A DNA stretch of 60,597 nt from Leptospirales bacterium (GTDB taxonomy: Bacteria; Spirochaetota; Leptospiria; Turneriellales; JAOUFE01). A program made the translations under genes and the position numbers. Below the pieces are notes generated by a model. It had not been told where the DNA came from. It saw only the letters and a program-made list of their open reading frames with translations, and did not search any database. Shown here in pieces: positions 20,335-30,861 of this stretch (its first letter is position 1; the number at the start of each line of letters is the position of its first letter). The DNA lies in the NCBI GenBank assembly GCA_040326155.1, contig JBEQLE010000020.1, positions 1 to 60,597 of the forward strand. Direction: 5' to 3'.

Positions 20335-21744
20335 TCAGTCGTTTTTTTCCTTTTGAATTTGTCCATACAAGCTCTTAGCCATATACGTGAGCAGTAACAC
20401 GGCAAAGATCATTATAACCCACAAAATTATTTTTGTTTTGGAAGTTTTTGGCAGGATGGTTATGGCATTTTCGCCTTTTTCAATGTAAACTATCGTACCA
20501 GGTTTAGCGATACCATAATGTACATTCACTCGTTCTCTTTTCATAATTTCACCTACCAGATTATCTACGTTTCCATTTGTAAATTGAATATGCGCATTGC
20601 CAAAAGCCAATCGGTAGGGACGTTTTCCTGAATCAAAAAAGATAATTTTATGCGGTCTCCAACCGAGTTCAATTTGAGGAGGCGAGCTGATGTTGTTACC
20701 GATAATTTCTATTTTCCAAAAGCGTGCGTTTCGATGAGCAATTTTCATATCATCATGGCGTACATTGTTATTCTCAATATTCAGATTGTATACCATTCCC
20801 TTTTTAACAAATGACCAACCATCCTCATTTCTTCTTTTTGAAAATAGGTTATATTCAAAACTTGTATTTTTTGGGATAGTGACAAGGCGAATATAATCAA
20901 ATGAAAACAGACCTTTTGAGTCATAGATAAAACCTGTGTTCTGAGAATTTTTATTGCCTTTTAGTTGCAGCATTTTTCTGTTTCCGGTAACAGTATTTGT
21001 ACTTGTTATGGCTTTTGCTTCAAGCAATATGAAATTAGACAGAGTATCATATGTGCTTATTTTCAGATACCGGTAATTTTTTGTATTTATATTTTCAATT
21101 CGGGAGTTGCTTATTTCATGCCCTTCGTAATCCATTTGAAAAAGTGGACTATCATTTGCTATAGACTCCCATTGTCTTAAAGTATAACTGCCTTCCACAT
21201 TTACCTTATGAATTGTTAAATTGTTTTTCGACTTCCATTTCAATTCAAGTCCGGTGATATCATCGATGTGAGAGATATCGATCAGGTAACTTGTAAGTAC
21301 TCTACCTTTGGCTGGCTGCGATTGTACTTTGACTTTTAAAATAGTACCAGATCGACTTTTATGCACCGAACCGGAAATATCTTCGATGGTCTGCCAATCA
21401 CCTTCCCGATAAATGGGAAAAATGGGCGCTACCTGTTTTTCTTCTACACTTACTGTTTTATCTTTTCTTCTTACTAATTGATGGGGGATAACTATTCCCA
21501 TAGCATCGAAGATTCGTATATCGCTCAGATTTGAAAAATAGACCGCTTTGTAGATTTCGATGGGAAGTTCGAGTGAATAGGCAGGAAAACTACCGGGAGT
21601 TTCAACGTCGACAATCCAGCCGAAGTCTTTCGGTTTTTCTGCTACTTTTTCTGCTTTTATTTTGTCCGTAGAAGATTTTCGGGCGTAGGAAAATTCAAAC
21701 GCAGTAAGAAAGATTAGTATTGTAAGTATATATTTATTTTTCAT
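20335..21744 (-). CDS. DUF3999-family exported protein with C-terminal TM anchor
   Basis: Signal peptide, LSDIRIFDA, RPYRLAFG, terminal TM helix; coupled to the upstream DUF2339 gene. Confidence 0.75.
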   Translation of the reverse strand: MKNKYILTILIFLTAFEFSYARKSSTDKIKAEKVAEKPKDFGWIVDVETPGSFPAYSLELPIEIYKAVYFSNLSDIRIFDAMGIVIPHQLVRRKDKTVSVEEKQVAPIFPIYREGDWQTIEDISGSVHKSRSGTILKVKVQSQPAKGRVLTSYLIDISHIDDITGLELKWKSKNNLTIHKVNVEGSYTLRQWESIANDSPLFQMDYEGHEISNSRIENINTKNYRYLKISTYDTLSNFILLEAKAITSTNTVTGNRKMLQLKGNKNSQNTGFIYDSKGLFSFDYIRLVTIPKNTSFEYNLFSKRRNEDGWSFVKKGMVYNLNIENNNVRHDDMKIAHRNARFWKIEIIGNNISSPPQIELGWRPHKIIFFDSGKRPYRLAFGNAHIQFTNGNVDNLVGEIMKRERVNVHYGIAKPGTIVYIEKGENAITILPKTSKTKIILWVIMIFAVLLLTYMAKSLYGQIQKEKND

Positions 21745-24535
21745 CGGAATTTCCAGTGTCATTTTCATTGTTTTTTGAATTGTCGACTTTGTCCGGTGGG
21801 ACAGGGGCAAGGTATCCGATAATTAAAAGAAATATACCGATAACCATAAAAGATATAATTCGAAACAGAGTTCCTGCATTGGCCAGATCTACAAAGAAGA
21901 GTTTTACAACTACGACTCCCATAAATATGGCCCCGGCTACCCATACACTGCGCATGGCTTTTTTGGCCCCTGTGATCATAGAGCCGAGTCCTAATAATCC
22001 CCAGAATATGGAGTATACCATTTGAGCCATTGTAGAGTGGAACATCGTATAAAAAGACCATTCAAGACCAACCCAATGGTGTAAAACTCTGGCGACTGTA
22101 AGGTTTAACCAGAGAACTACAACTGCTGTTATCAGTAAAGATAGTTCCTTGAAATTCGGAACAGCGTTCATACCTCCCGGTTTAACTCTGCTTACCCATC
22201 GGAAGATGGCGGCAAAAACCACTAAGGAATACATATCTAATGGATTGAGAAGTGGCATATAAGGCAGGGGAGTTGCCGAACCGTTAGAAACAAAATTGTA
22301 TACCAACACAGAAAGTAGTAAAACACTGCCGAAAAACAGACCAGGTAGTACCGTATAAGCCAGTCGATAAGTTTTTACAAGTTTTGAATTCAATACTTTT
22401 TTCGATGAGAGCGTAACAAATACGAGCAGGGAAGGTACCATAGAAGAAAGCCCCACCCAGATATTGACTCCATCCAACCATTCAAGCGCCTTATAGTAAA
22501 ATTCATTTGATGATATAGAGACTATAATTAAGAGAGCCCCAAAGTGTACAACATCGAGATATTGATTTGCTTTTGTTTTATTCAGGTAGAGTGTTGTGTA
22601 CAGTATTAACAAGTGCCCTATCCAGAAAAATAGACCACCATTTGCAAAATGGTTTGGCCATTGGCCTAGAAGTAGTAAAACAAGTATCGGGAAAATTGCA
22701 TAATGCATAAATTCCAAGAATAACCATTTCAGACGTTTTGCGAGGTATAGAAGTGTTAAACAACTCAAACTGAAAAAGAGTATAAAGATATTTATAAACT
22801 CAGTGGTTGGTTTGTTGAAAAGGATAAGAGAATGATCTTGTGTAAGATAGGGTTCGGGTAAAAGGTAGCTAATTTGCAACCATCCGACCAAAAGCCACCA
22901 GACAAGAGTTACATAATAGATTATTACTGAGAATGTTTTTTCCTCTTCTTTGTAATCCCATTTGCTGCGATACAGATTCGTAATATAACCACCGGCTATA
23001 ACCAGAAGCATTAAGCCAAAAAATTGGCCATTGAAAAATGTTTCCGGGGTTTTCATTATAAGTTTAGGTATAAAGAATAACCAGGAACCCAATATTAATA
23101 TGAACCCAAAGGCGCGCATTGCTAATCTGGATTGTCGTTTACCTGCCCAGATGAGTCCTGCACCCTCCAGCGCCCAGAAAGCCGATGTCGATGGTGCGTC
23201 TAATGCCAGTGGCGCAGCCAGGTTGACAAAGATAATTCCCATAACTAAAAAGGCTTCCATTAGATCGTGCAGTCCTTTAATGGATGACTTAAACAGTATA
23301 AAAACTAAAAAGATATAATAGAGTCCGAGTCCGAGTGAAGCACCTGCCGATCCATATTCAATGTCTTTCAATAAGTAAAACTGCATGCCCATATACGTAA
23401 GAGGCAGCGCAAATACCAGGGCGCCATCGATAATTCCTTTCAGGTTCGGTGGCTGTTTGTAGGCAAACAAGACTGAAATAACGGAGAACATGATAAAGAA
23501 CAAGTTTAAAAAGATTTCAGCATTTATGAAATCTTCCGGCTGGTAGTTTTTGACTCCCCAGATGGCGGCGATGACAAAAGTAAAAAAGAAGCCAAGCAGG
23601 TTTAAAGGTTTCCACGAACGGAAAAAAGCTACGCCCAGTATGCCCGTGTTAAAAACGGCATAATAGCTGAACAAAGCAACATAATTGCCCGAACCGGTGG
23701 AAGCTAAAATCGGGGCTAAAAACCCTCCTGTCGTGCCGATTAAGGCAAAAATGAGGCTGTCTTGTAAAATGGCCAGAATCATAGATAAGATCATAACCAG
23801 AACAAGGGAGGAAAAAGCGGCCGGGGCGGGTATCAATTCATAATAACGAAAGGAGATGAAAATTGTAGCGTATAAAATTGCCACTCCACCGCCTTGCAAT
23901 ATTAAAGCATACACGGTTTTTTTCAGCCTGAGTCTCCAGCCTATATAAATTAAAGACATTCCACCGAGCATAACGGCGGCCATTCTTATTTCAATTGGTA
24001 TTTCAATATTTTCAATTGTGTATTTTAATAAAAAGACAATGCCCAGAAATAAAATAAATACACCCAGTAAAACGGCAGTGTTTTTTCCAGACAAGAATTC
24101 GACGATAGGGCTTTTTTCACGGGATTCTTTAGGTGGCAAGGCGGCGCTGGCACCGGGACTTTTTTTGTTTAATGCCGCACTTTTAGTTTTTACAACGGGT
24201 TCCGGTTTTGCAGCTTTTTTAATCGGCTTGGGTTCTACAGGTTCTACAGGTTTTGCAACTTTTTTTCCTGTTTCTGCTTTTGTGGCCGCCTGGACGGGCA
24301 CAGGCACAGGTTTTTGTTTGGAGCTTTCCGGTGTTGGCTGTAGATTATCTGATAAAATGTAGTCTTGGAGCTTATTTAACTTATTTGTTAAAGCGATTAC
24401 AAAACCAAATAAACCTCCAATTAGAGTAATTGCAATATATTCGGTTAGAGTATTGCCGAGTATGAAACTCCAGAATAATCCAATTAAAAACCCTGCAACT
24501 TTGATTCCTATGCCATCATTATCATCTTTATTCAT
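21734..24535 (-). CDS. DUF2339 large polytopic membrane protein
   Basis: GGFLAPILASTGSG, WALEGAG, KLFFVDL...RIISF..IG...YLAPVPP signatures. Confidence 0.85.
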   Translation of the reverse strand: MNKDDNDGIGIKVAGFLIGLFWSFILGNTLTEYIAITLIGGLFGFVIALTNKLNKLQDYILSDNLQPTPESSKQKPVPVPVQAATKAETGKKVAKPVEPVEPKPIKKAAKPEPVVKTKSAALNKKSPGASAALPPKESREKSPIVEFLSGKNTAVLLGVFILFLGIVFLLKYTIENIEIPIEIRMAAVMLGGMSLIYIGWRLRLKKTVYALILQGGGVAILYATIFISFRYYELIPAPAAFSSLVLVMILSMILAILQDSLIFALIGTTGGFLAPILASTGSGNYVALFSYYAVFNTGILGVAFFRSWKPLNLLGFFFTFVIAAIWGVKNYQPEDFINAEIFLNLFFIMFSVISVLFAYKQPPNLKGIIDGALVFALPLTYMGMQFYLLKDIEYGSAGASLGLGLYYIFLVFILFKSSIKGLHDLMEAFLVMGIIFVNLAAPLALDAPSTSAFWALEGAGLIWAGKRQSRLAMRAFGFILILGSWLFFIPKLIMKTPETFFNGQFFGLMLLVIAGGYITNLYRSKWDYKEEEKTFSVIIYYVTLVWWLLVGWLQISYLLPEPYLTQDHSLILFNKPTTEFINIFILFFSLSCLTLLYLAKRLKWLFLEFMHYAIFPILVLLLLGQWPNHFANGGLFFWIGHLLILYTTLYLNKTKANQYLDVVHFGALLIIVSISSNEFYYKALEWLDGVNIWVGLSSMVPSLLVFVTLSSKKVLNSKLVKTYRLAYTVLPGLFFGSVLLLSVLVYNFVSNGSATPLPYMPLLNPLDMYSLVVFAAIFRWVSRVKPGGMNAVPNFKELSLLITAVVVLWLNLTVARVLHHWVGLEWSFYTMFHSTMAQMVYSIFWGLLGLGSMITGAKKAMRSVWVAGAIFMGVVVVKLFFVDLANAGTLFRIISFMVIGIFLLIIGYLAPVPPDKVDNSKNNENDTGNSDEK

Positions 24536-24620
24536 AATTTCAATTTACCTTTATTTAAATACTACAATCTCCATTGTATATAGATCTTATATTTGGACAA
24601 GCAAATTCTACTAACGGATT

Positions 24621-25211
24621 TTACAAAGTATGAATAAAGTCCCGAATTCCAGATAAAAGCATCTGAATCGCCATTACCGTAAGTATCATTCCGGTCAGCC
24701 TTTCAATGGCTTTTAAACTTCGCGTTCCAAGCGATCGAGCTAGAATATCTGATGAGAGCAAGATCACCCCGGCGGTGGTCCAGGCTACGAGCAAAGCGAA
24801 AAACCAGTGTAACAAGAGGGAGGGGTACTGGGTTGAAAAAAGGATGACCATTGCCATTGCTGAGGGGCCGGCTATTAATGGGACGGCAAGCGGCACGACC
24901 ATGGGTTCTTCCGTTTGTTCTTCTGGTTCAATCTTTTTGTCCGGTGGAAATATCATTTTTATAGCGATCATGAAAAGCAAAATTCCACCCGAAATTGTCA
25001 ATGCTGTCTGGCTTAAATGCAGGCCACTTAAAATATACCTGCCGAAAAATAAAAAAACAAGCAAAATCAATAGAGCGATGATCATTTCCCGTAAGATTAC
25101 AATGCGTCTTCTTCCAGGAGAAAGTTTGGATAGCACGGATAAAAATGCTGGAATATTCCCGAAAGGGTCCATAATAAGAAGGAGTATAAAAACAGCCGAG
25201 TAAAAGCTCAT
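24621..25211 (-). CDS. MarC-family membrane protein
   Basis: IMDPFGNIP, VPLAVPLIAGPSA, ERLTGMIL motifs. Confidence 0.92.
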   Translation of the reverse strand: MSFYSAVFILLLIMDPFGNIPAFLSVLSKLSPGRRRIVILREMIIALLILLVFLFFGRYILSGLHLSQTALTISGGILLFMIAIKMIFPPDKKIEPEEQTEEPMVVPLAVPLIAGPSAMAMVILFSTQYPSLLLHWFFALLVAWTTAGVILLSSDILARSLGTRSLKAIERLTGMILTVMAIQMLLSGIRDFIHTL

Positions 25212-25347
25212 ATAATAACCTGATAAAAGTATAACAAGCCTGCGCCGTAGCGTCCATACATTTTGTGAAAATTGCTATTAATCCGTTGACGAAGTAGCGA
25301 CTATTTTTTTATACCCTTCCAAGTAGTATTATTCACAAGGAGATAAA

Positions 25348-26178
25348 ATGTCAAAAGAACCTATAGATATGATGAACGATTTAGTAAAAGGAAAATCACT
25401 TAAGTTTATAATAATTGGAGCGGTAATTGTTTTTCTAGTATTTGCTTTGAATCCATTTGTTACAGTCCCGGCAGGCCATCGTGGCGTAGTGGAGAATTTT
25501 GGTGCGGTATCAGATAAAATATTAGGCGAGGGTTTACACTTTCGTATTCCGATTGTGCAAACGATTGTAAAAATGGACGTACAGATTCAAAAAGAGAGAA
25601 CTGTCGCTAACGCTGCCACAAAAGATCTGCAAAATACGAAATTTGAGATTGCATTGAATTATAGAATTGCGCTCCAAGAGGTAAACACGATCTATCAGGA
25701 TATTGGTGAAGATTATCAGGTTGTAGTCATTGAGCCGAATGTACAAGAAGCGGTAAAATCGATTGCCGCAAAATATACTGCGGAACAATTGATTACCAAG
25801 CGCCAGGAGGTTTCAGAAGAGATTTACCAGGTACTCAAAGAAGGGTTGATACAGTATCATATTATTGTAGACAATTTTTCAATTGTTGATTTTGAATTTT
25901 CTGCGCAGTTTACCCAGGCGATTGAAGAAAAGCAGACAGCGAAACAACATGCCTTAAAAGCCACGCAAGATCTGGCCAGAATTAAAATCGAAGCGCAGCA
26001 AAAAATTGAACAAGCCAAAGCTGAAGCCATGGCTTTAAAGTTTAAAAGAGTTCAAATTACACCCCAGTTAATTGAACTGAGTAAAGTTGAAGCAGAACTA
26101 AAAGCCATCGAAAAATGGGACGGTAAGCTTCCGGTCTATACCGGCGGACCCATGCCATTTCTAAACGTTGTAAAATAG
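25348..26178 (+). CDS. Prohibitin/SPFH (band 7) family protein
   Basis: VPAGHRGVV, EGLHFRIP, TKDLQ, AIEEKQ, IEKWDGKLP motifs. Confidence 0.93.
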   Translation: MSKEPIDMMNDLVKGKSLKFIIIGAVIVFLVFALNPFVTVPAGHRGVVENFGAVSDKILGEGLHFRIPIVQTIVKMDVQIQKERTVANAATKDLQNTKFEIALNYRIALQEVNTIYQDIGEDYQVVVIEPNVQEAVKSIAAKYTAEQLITKRQEVSEEIYQVLKEGLIQYHIIVDNFSIVDFEFSAQFTQAIEEKQTAKQHALKATQDLARIKIEAQQKIEQAKAEAMALKFKRVQITPQLIELSKVEAELKAIEKWDGKLPVYTGGPMPFLNVVK

Positions 26179-26196
26179 ATTTACAAAAGAGGTTTT

Positions 26197-26230
26197 ATAA
26201 GGAAGGCAGGAAAATTCTTGCTTTCCTTAT
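26197..26230. terminator. Hairpin between convergent genes (probable bidirectional terminator) built from the GGAAGGCAG repeat
   Basis: ATAAGGAAGGCAGGAA-aa-TTCTTGCTTTCCTTAT, with 2 G-U type mismatches. Confidence 0.6.
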
Positions 26231-26559
26231 CAGGCGCAGTTAATACATTTGCCACTTTCGGGTACGGCCATAATTCTTGCCAGGGGAATATCGTTTTTAC
26301 AAATTTTGCATTTTCCAAAATCGGGTTCGTCCAGGTTTTTAACTGTGTTTTCGAGTTGAAAAACTTTAGCTTCTGTTGATCGAAGCAGGGCTTCCTTTAC
26401 GCTTTTTTCACCGATAGCATCCATTCTTGATAAACGTCCAATCGCAACATCGGGAGCAACCGGGTCGACTTGTTTTCTCAGTGTGCCAATATCACCTTGC
26501 AAAGATTTTATATCTTTATTTATCTGCTCACGCAGTTCTAGTTTTTCACCATCAGTCAT
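26230..26559 (-). CDS. TraR/DksA C4-type zinc-finger protein
   Basis: IGRLSRMDAI, FGKCKICKNDIPLARI..VP....CINCA. Confidence 0.9.
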   Translation of the reverse strand: MTDGEKLELREQINKDIKSLQGDIGTLRKQVDPVAPDVAIGRLSRMDAIGEKSVKEALLRSTEAKVFQLENTVKNLDEPDFGKCKICKNDIPLARIMAVPESGKCINCA

Positions 26560-26602
26560 AGCAAAATATGACTGTCATTCCTTGCAGTGTCAAGAAATTA
26601 TT

Positions 26603-26671
26603 TATAAGGAAGGCAGGAAGGGCAGGAAAAGAGAAAGATAAATGGACAGGATTTACAGGATTAACATGATT
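26603..26671 (+). repeat. Short-period repeats (GGAAGGCAG type and ACAGGATT[TA] type)
   Basis: AAGGAAGGCAGGAAGGGCAGGAAAA, then GACAGGATTTACAGGATTAACATGATT. Confidence 0.7.
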
Positions 26672-26722
26672 TCGGGATAAAAATATATTTAGAATTATGC
26701 CCGAACTTTACAATAATATGTT

Positions 26723-26947
26723 GGGGGTAGTGGAAAATCTTTTTATTTTTATTGACGCCAAAATCTCTCTAGTCTTCAACAAATAAAAAATTTGAAACTG
26801 GTGCCGTGTCTTTTTAATTTGTTCCGCTACCGCTTCACAAATTCAAGTGGAAACGCCACTTAAGCTGTGACTAGATAGATTATATTAAAATAAGCTAATG
26901 TAACATCTATCCAGTCACAGCACTAGGGAGCAGACTTGGCCCCCTTT
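26723..26947 (+). repeat. Structured intergenic element E2 (possible ncRNA or non-autonomous element)
   Basis: GGGGG-TAGTG...CACTA-GGGAGC-agacttg-GCCCCC encloses several hairpins: AATTTGT/ACAAATT around CCGCTACCGCT; AAGTGG/CCACTT; GCTGTGACT.GATAGAT/ATCTATC.AGTCACAGC. Confidence 0.6.
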
Positions 26948-26955
26948 AAATACTC

Positions 26956-26993
26956 ATTCTTCTCTTAACCTGTAAACCGGTAAATCCTGTCTA
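26956..26993 (-). repeat. About 38-bp dispersed repeat (TAGACAGGATTTAC...AAGAGAAG)
   Basis: Reverse complement TAGACAGGATTTACCGGTTTACAGGTTAAGAGAAGAAT closely matches 31754-31791 and 31838-31876. Confidence 0.75.
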
Positions 26994-26994
26994 A

Positions 26995-27711
26995 CTATCT
27001 TCTCTTGTAATTCCTGCTTTCTTTACCGTCTATATTCTTTATATGTTTTTCTTTTAAAGCATTACAAGTATCAAGTAGATCTTCTACTTCTATACGTTGC
27101 CAGATATAGCCGAGTTTCTTGGCTTCATTGCCTACGGAGAATTCCCGAATTTCATCATTGAGGGAGAAAAAGTGGAGTGTGTAAGGGTATTGCGTGAATT
27201 TAACATCAAATTCATATAAGTGCAGGGGTGAATTGGTTTGTTTCGTAGAATTTTGATTCGTTTTATCAAAAGTTTTCCCTTCGATTTTACAGCTATAAAT
27301 TGTTAGTCTTTTAAAAACATCACCTTTTTCAAAGTTTTTTATATCGGTAAGAGTATATGTTTCATCTTTAGAAACAGTAATTACACCTTGCATAGGGAGT
27401 TCATAAATAATAAAAAACAGGTCGTACATTTTAGTTTTCAGGTTTTCATTGTACATATAATCATAATCCAGAAAATAAACACTGTCGAATGGAAATGCAT
27501 ATATTCCATTTCGGGTTTTTTTTAGAATTTCTTTTTTATAAAGAAGGGCTTCCCCTTCGTATTCGGAACCATCTTGTATTAAGGTCAGAGGGTCGGGTTC
27601 AGAGATGTTTTCACTTTTTTCACACCCGGCGAAAAGGAGCGACAGGGTAATACATAGTAATATATAAGTACGTTTATTTGGTTTAAAAAACATTTGATAA
27701 GAAGATACCAT
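26995..27711 (-). CDS. Hypothetical lipoprotein (start possibly 27693)
   Basis: Lipobox LLFAG-C; no recognised domain. Confidence 0.7.
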   Translation of the reverse strand: MVSSYQMFFKPNKRTYILLCITLSLLFAGCEKSENISEPDPLTLIQDGSEYEGEALLYKKEILKKTRNGIYAFPFDSVYFLDYDYMYNENLKTKMYDLFFIIYELPMQGVITVSKDETYTLTDIKNFEKGDVFKRLTIYSCKIEGKTFDKTNQNSTKQTNSPLHLYEFDVKFTQYPYTLHFFSLNDEIREFSVGNEAKKLGYIWQRIEVEDLLDTCNALKEKHIKNIDGKESRNYKRR

Positions 27712-27730
27712 AAAAAATCAATACAGATGA

Positions 27731-27754
27731 ATAGCTCAACAGCTTAACAGCTCA
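27731..27754 (+). repeat. 3 x 8-bp tandem repeat A[TC]AGCT[CT]A
   Basis: ATAGCTCA ACAGCTTA ACAGCTCA. Confidence 0.5.
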
Positions 27755-27804
27755 AGAGTGGAGTGCGACCTGCCCTTGCTGTGTAAAGCTTTTTCTATTT
27801 CGGT

Positions 27805-30786
27805 TCAATACGAATACGGAGCAAACCCCCTTCGTATTGTATTTTCGGATACTACTTTCGGATTGGTAAAATGGTACAGATATTCAGCCCCTCCCGCTTT
27901 AGTTCCCAGCCCTGACATTTTAAAACCCCCGAAAGGCTGGCGATTTACCAGGGCCCCTGTAATTTTTTTATTAATGTACAAATTACCGACATTATAGTTT
28001 TTTCTTACATACTCTATATTTCGGGGACTCCTGGAATATAAACCGCCGGTCAAGGCAAAGGGTGTCATGTTAGCCAAACGGACTGCTTCTTCTATATCTG
28101 CCGCTTCCATTATTGCAAGCACAGGGCCGAAAATTTCTTCCTTGGCAATTCTTGCATGGGGTGGGACGTCGCGAAACAATGCCGGCGAAACATAATAACC
28201 ATTCGCCGGAACGTTGGCATTGTAATAACAAAGAGTGGCCTCTTCTTTCCCTATGGCAATATATTTTTTAATTTTTTGCAGAGCCTTCTTGTCAATGACC
28301 GGACCAATTATATTGACCGGGTCTAGCGGTGAACCCATCGGGAGATTTTCGAGAATATGTACAACACGTTCAATAATTTCTTCATACCGGCTTTTTAAAA
28401 TAATAAGCCGTGAACATGCGGAACACTTTTGTCCCTGGTAACCAGAGAAAGAGGCAATAACTCCGAGCGCAGTTTCATCCGGGTCGGCGGTATCGTCGAC
28501 GATAATGGCATTTTTACCACCGGTTTCGGCGACAATTTTTTTAAAACCGACTTTATGACTTATTGTTTGCGCCGTCTGAAGAGAACCAGTAAAAGCTATT
28601 AAGTCGACATCAGGGTGTTCACATAAAAAAGACCCGACGCTGTCTCCGGAACCCGGCAGAAAGTTCAATACCCCCGAAGGCAGACCGGCATATTGAAAAG
28701 CCTTAAAAAGCGCATAACCGGTAGCAGGGGTAAGACTCGAAGGTTTAAGAATTGCCGTATTACCGGAAACCAGTGCCGCTGCTGTCATACCAGTCGGAAT
28801 CGCCAGGGGGAAATTCCAGGGTGGTAAAATAACAGCCACCCCTTTTGGTATATACTCCATTGTATTTTCTTCTCCGGGGTAGTTGCCGAGTTTTTCCAGC
28901 GAACCCAGTTCGATCATCCGTTGGGCATAATACCGTAAAAAGTCAATCGCCTCGGCTACGTCCGCTATAGCTTCATTTCTATTTTTAGCAGCTTCAAAAA
29001 GTTCCAGGGCGGCCAGGTCGAAAAGGTTTTCTTCCATGTAAGTTGCCGCCTTACATAAATACGAAGCTCGTTCGCTAACACTGGTCTGGCTCCATTGTTG
29101 CGTTGCGGCATTGGCTACCTCGATGGCTTTTTGCGCTATGGCTATATCCGCTTTGCCTGCAACAGCAATAATACGATCAGTTTGGGAGGGGTCAACCGAC
29201 ACAATCTTGTCTTTCGGTTTAACGCTTTTTAAGCCTGTGACAATCGGAATATCCAAAGGTTTTTTAGAAATCTGAAGTTGTAATTTATCTATAGATATTT
29301 GCATTCTGGTGCGATATTTTTCGACGGTTAAATCGGGCAGCGGAAAATTGCGAAAATCGGTTTTGAGACTGGTTCGGCCTTTATGTTCTTTTTTTGTTTC
29401 CGTATTTTCCGGGTAAAAAAGTTCCGGTTTTTGCAATAACATAGCCCGATCATTTTTTTCTACAAAAGTATTGCGAAGGAAAGATTCATTTGAAGTATTT
29501 TCCAGAAGGCGACGAACAAAATATGCCATTGCGGGAATAAATTCTCCCATAGGCACATATTCGCGAACACGATATCCGAGTTTTGTCAGTGCAATTTTTA
29601 CAGGTTCGGCCATTCCGTAAAGTGCTTGAAACTCGAATGCATCGTTGGGCAAACCCAGCGAACGCGCCCTGGCAATAGTATACGCAGCGCTTCTGACATT
29701 ATGCGTGGCAATTGCCGGGCGAACAACATCACTGTTTTCGAGCAGGAGGTTTGTAAGCAGTTCGAAATTTGCATCGGTATGACTCTTCTTTGTAAAGAGT
29801 GGCAGGCGTTGGCCGTCACGTTTGCGGGTTGTTGTTTCGTAATCCCAATATGCCCCTTTCACCAGCCGCACGATAAGTTTTTCTTTTCGCTTTCTGGCAA
29901 GCTCAATAATTCGCTGAATATCGTCGTAAGAATCAAACAAGTAAGTTTGTATGGCAATGCCAATGGCACTGCTATCAGAAAAATTTGTGGCTATCGATTC
30001 AAAAAGGTTGAGTGTTAACTCTTTCAGGCTATAGTGTTCCATATCAAAAGTGATGCCAACAGATTCGGCGCCTTTACCTTTAGCACGTTCAAAAACCGGT
30101 TCGAGTGAGCGGGTAAGGGAGTTAAGTGTTCCCTCAAAATTAACCGGGTCAATGCGAGAAAAAAAAGAGGTCATTTTCAATGAAATTTCAGCCGGTGAAA
30201 TGGGACGTCCAGAATCGAAGTCGAGAAAGGGTTTTGTTTGCGTTTGCCAAGTGCGAGTCTCTTCTCGAACTGTATCAATAAGAGACAGATAGCGAGACCG
30301 ATATTTTTCTGCCTCCTGGTCGCATAAAACAGCTTCACCAAGAAGGTCGACCGTAAAAGCTCGTCCTTCTTTTCGTATTTTTCGTATAAACTTCAAAACC
30401 TCTTTGGGGGTTTCTCCGGCTATAAAAGTTTTTGCCAGAGCTTCAATATTCCCACGAATTGTTTTTCCTGCTATTGTGGCAAACATTCCTTTTTCAGGTA
30501 TTAAAGCGTGAATAAAACGCGGCAGAGTTGTTTTAACATCGTCCATATATTCGGCAAAAATACGCGCCACAAGAGCGTCGTTTCTGATCGCTGGCAGAGT
30601 ATCGATAAAGCGAAACAGAGCAGTTTTAAAATGAGGATCTTTCATTGTCAACGCTAACAATTTACCGCGCAAATTATGACTACTAAAGAAGACAGGCAGG
30701 TTTTGTTTTAAACCATCCATAATATCGAAAATCTCATTTCCAATTTGTAAAACCGACTTTTCGATCACTTGTGAATTACTATTCAT
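27805..30786 (-). CDS. putA: Bifunctional proline dehydrogenase / glutamate-gamma-semialdehyde (P5C) dehydrogenase
   Basis: [43 protein letters not shown] motifs PWNFP, ETGGKNA, GQKCSA, EEIFGP. Confidence 0.96.
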   Translation of the reverse strand: MNSNSQVIEKSVLQIGNEIFDIMDGLKQNLPVFFSSHNLRGKLLALTMKDPHFKTALFRFIDTLPAIRNDALVARIFAEYMDDVKTTLPRFIHALIPEKGMFATIAGKTIRGNIEALAKTFIAGETPKEVLKFIRKIRKEGRAFTVDLLGEAVLCDQEAEKYRSRYLSLIDTVREETRTWQTQTKPFLDFDSGRPISPAEISLKMTSFFSRIDPVNFEGTLNSLTRSLEPVFERAKGKGAESVGITFDMEHYSLKELTLNLFESIATNFSDSSAIGIAIQTYLFDSYDDIQRIIELARKRKEKLIVRLVKGAYWDYETTTRKRDGQRLPLFTKKSHTDANFELLTNLLLENSDVVRPAIATHNVRSAAYTIARARSLGLPNDAFEFQALYGMAEPVKIALTKLGYRVREYVPMGEFIPAMAYFVRRLLENTSNESFLRNTFVEKNDRAMLLQKPELFYPENTETKKEHKGRTSLKTDFRNFPLPDLTVEKYRTRMQISIDKLQLQISKKPLDIPIVTGLKSVKPKDKIVSVDPSQTDRIIAVAGKADIAIAQKAIEVANAATQQWSQTSVSERASYLCKAATYMEENLFDLAALELFEAAKNRNEAIADVAEAIDFLRYYAQRMIELGSLEKLGNYPGEENTMEYIPKGVAVILPPWNFPLAIPTGMTAAALVSGNTAILKPSSLTPATGYALFKAFQYAGLPSGVLNFLPGSGDSVGSFLCEHPDVDLIAFTGSLQTAQTISHKVGFKKIVAETGGKNAIIVDDTADPDETALGVIASFSGYQGQKCSACSRLIILKSRYEEIIERVVHILENLPMGSPLDPVNIIGPVIDKKALQKIKKYIAIGKEEATLCYYNANVPANGYYVSPALFRDVPPHARIAKEEIFGPVLAIMEAADIEEAVRLANMTPFALTGGLYSRSPRNIEYVRKNYNVGNLYINKKITGALVNRQPFGGFKMSGLGTKAGGAEYLYHFTNPKVVSENTIRRGFAPYSY

Positions 30787-30861
30787 AAAACCCTCTTTAT
30801 ACTAATATAGTAATTACTGTGGTTTTGTATAAGAAAAGAGTAGTGTATTGAATTCAATAAA

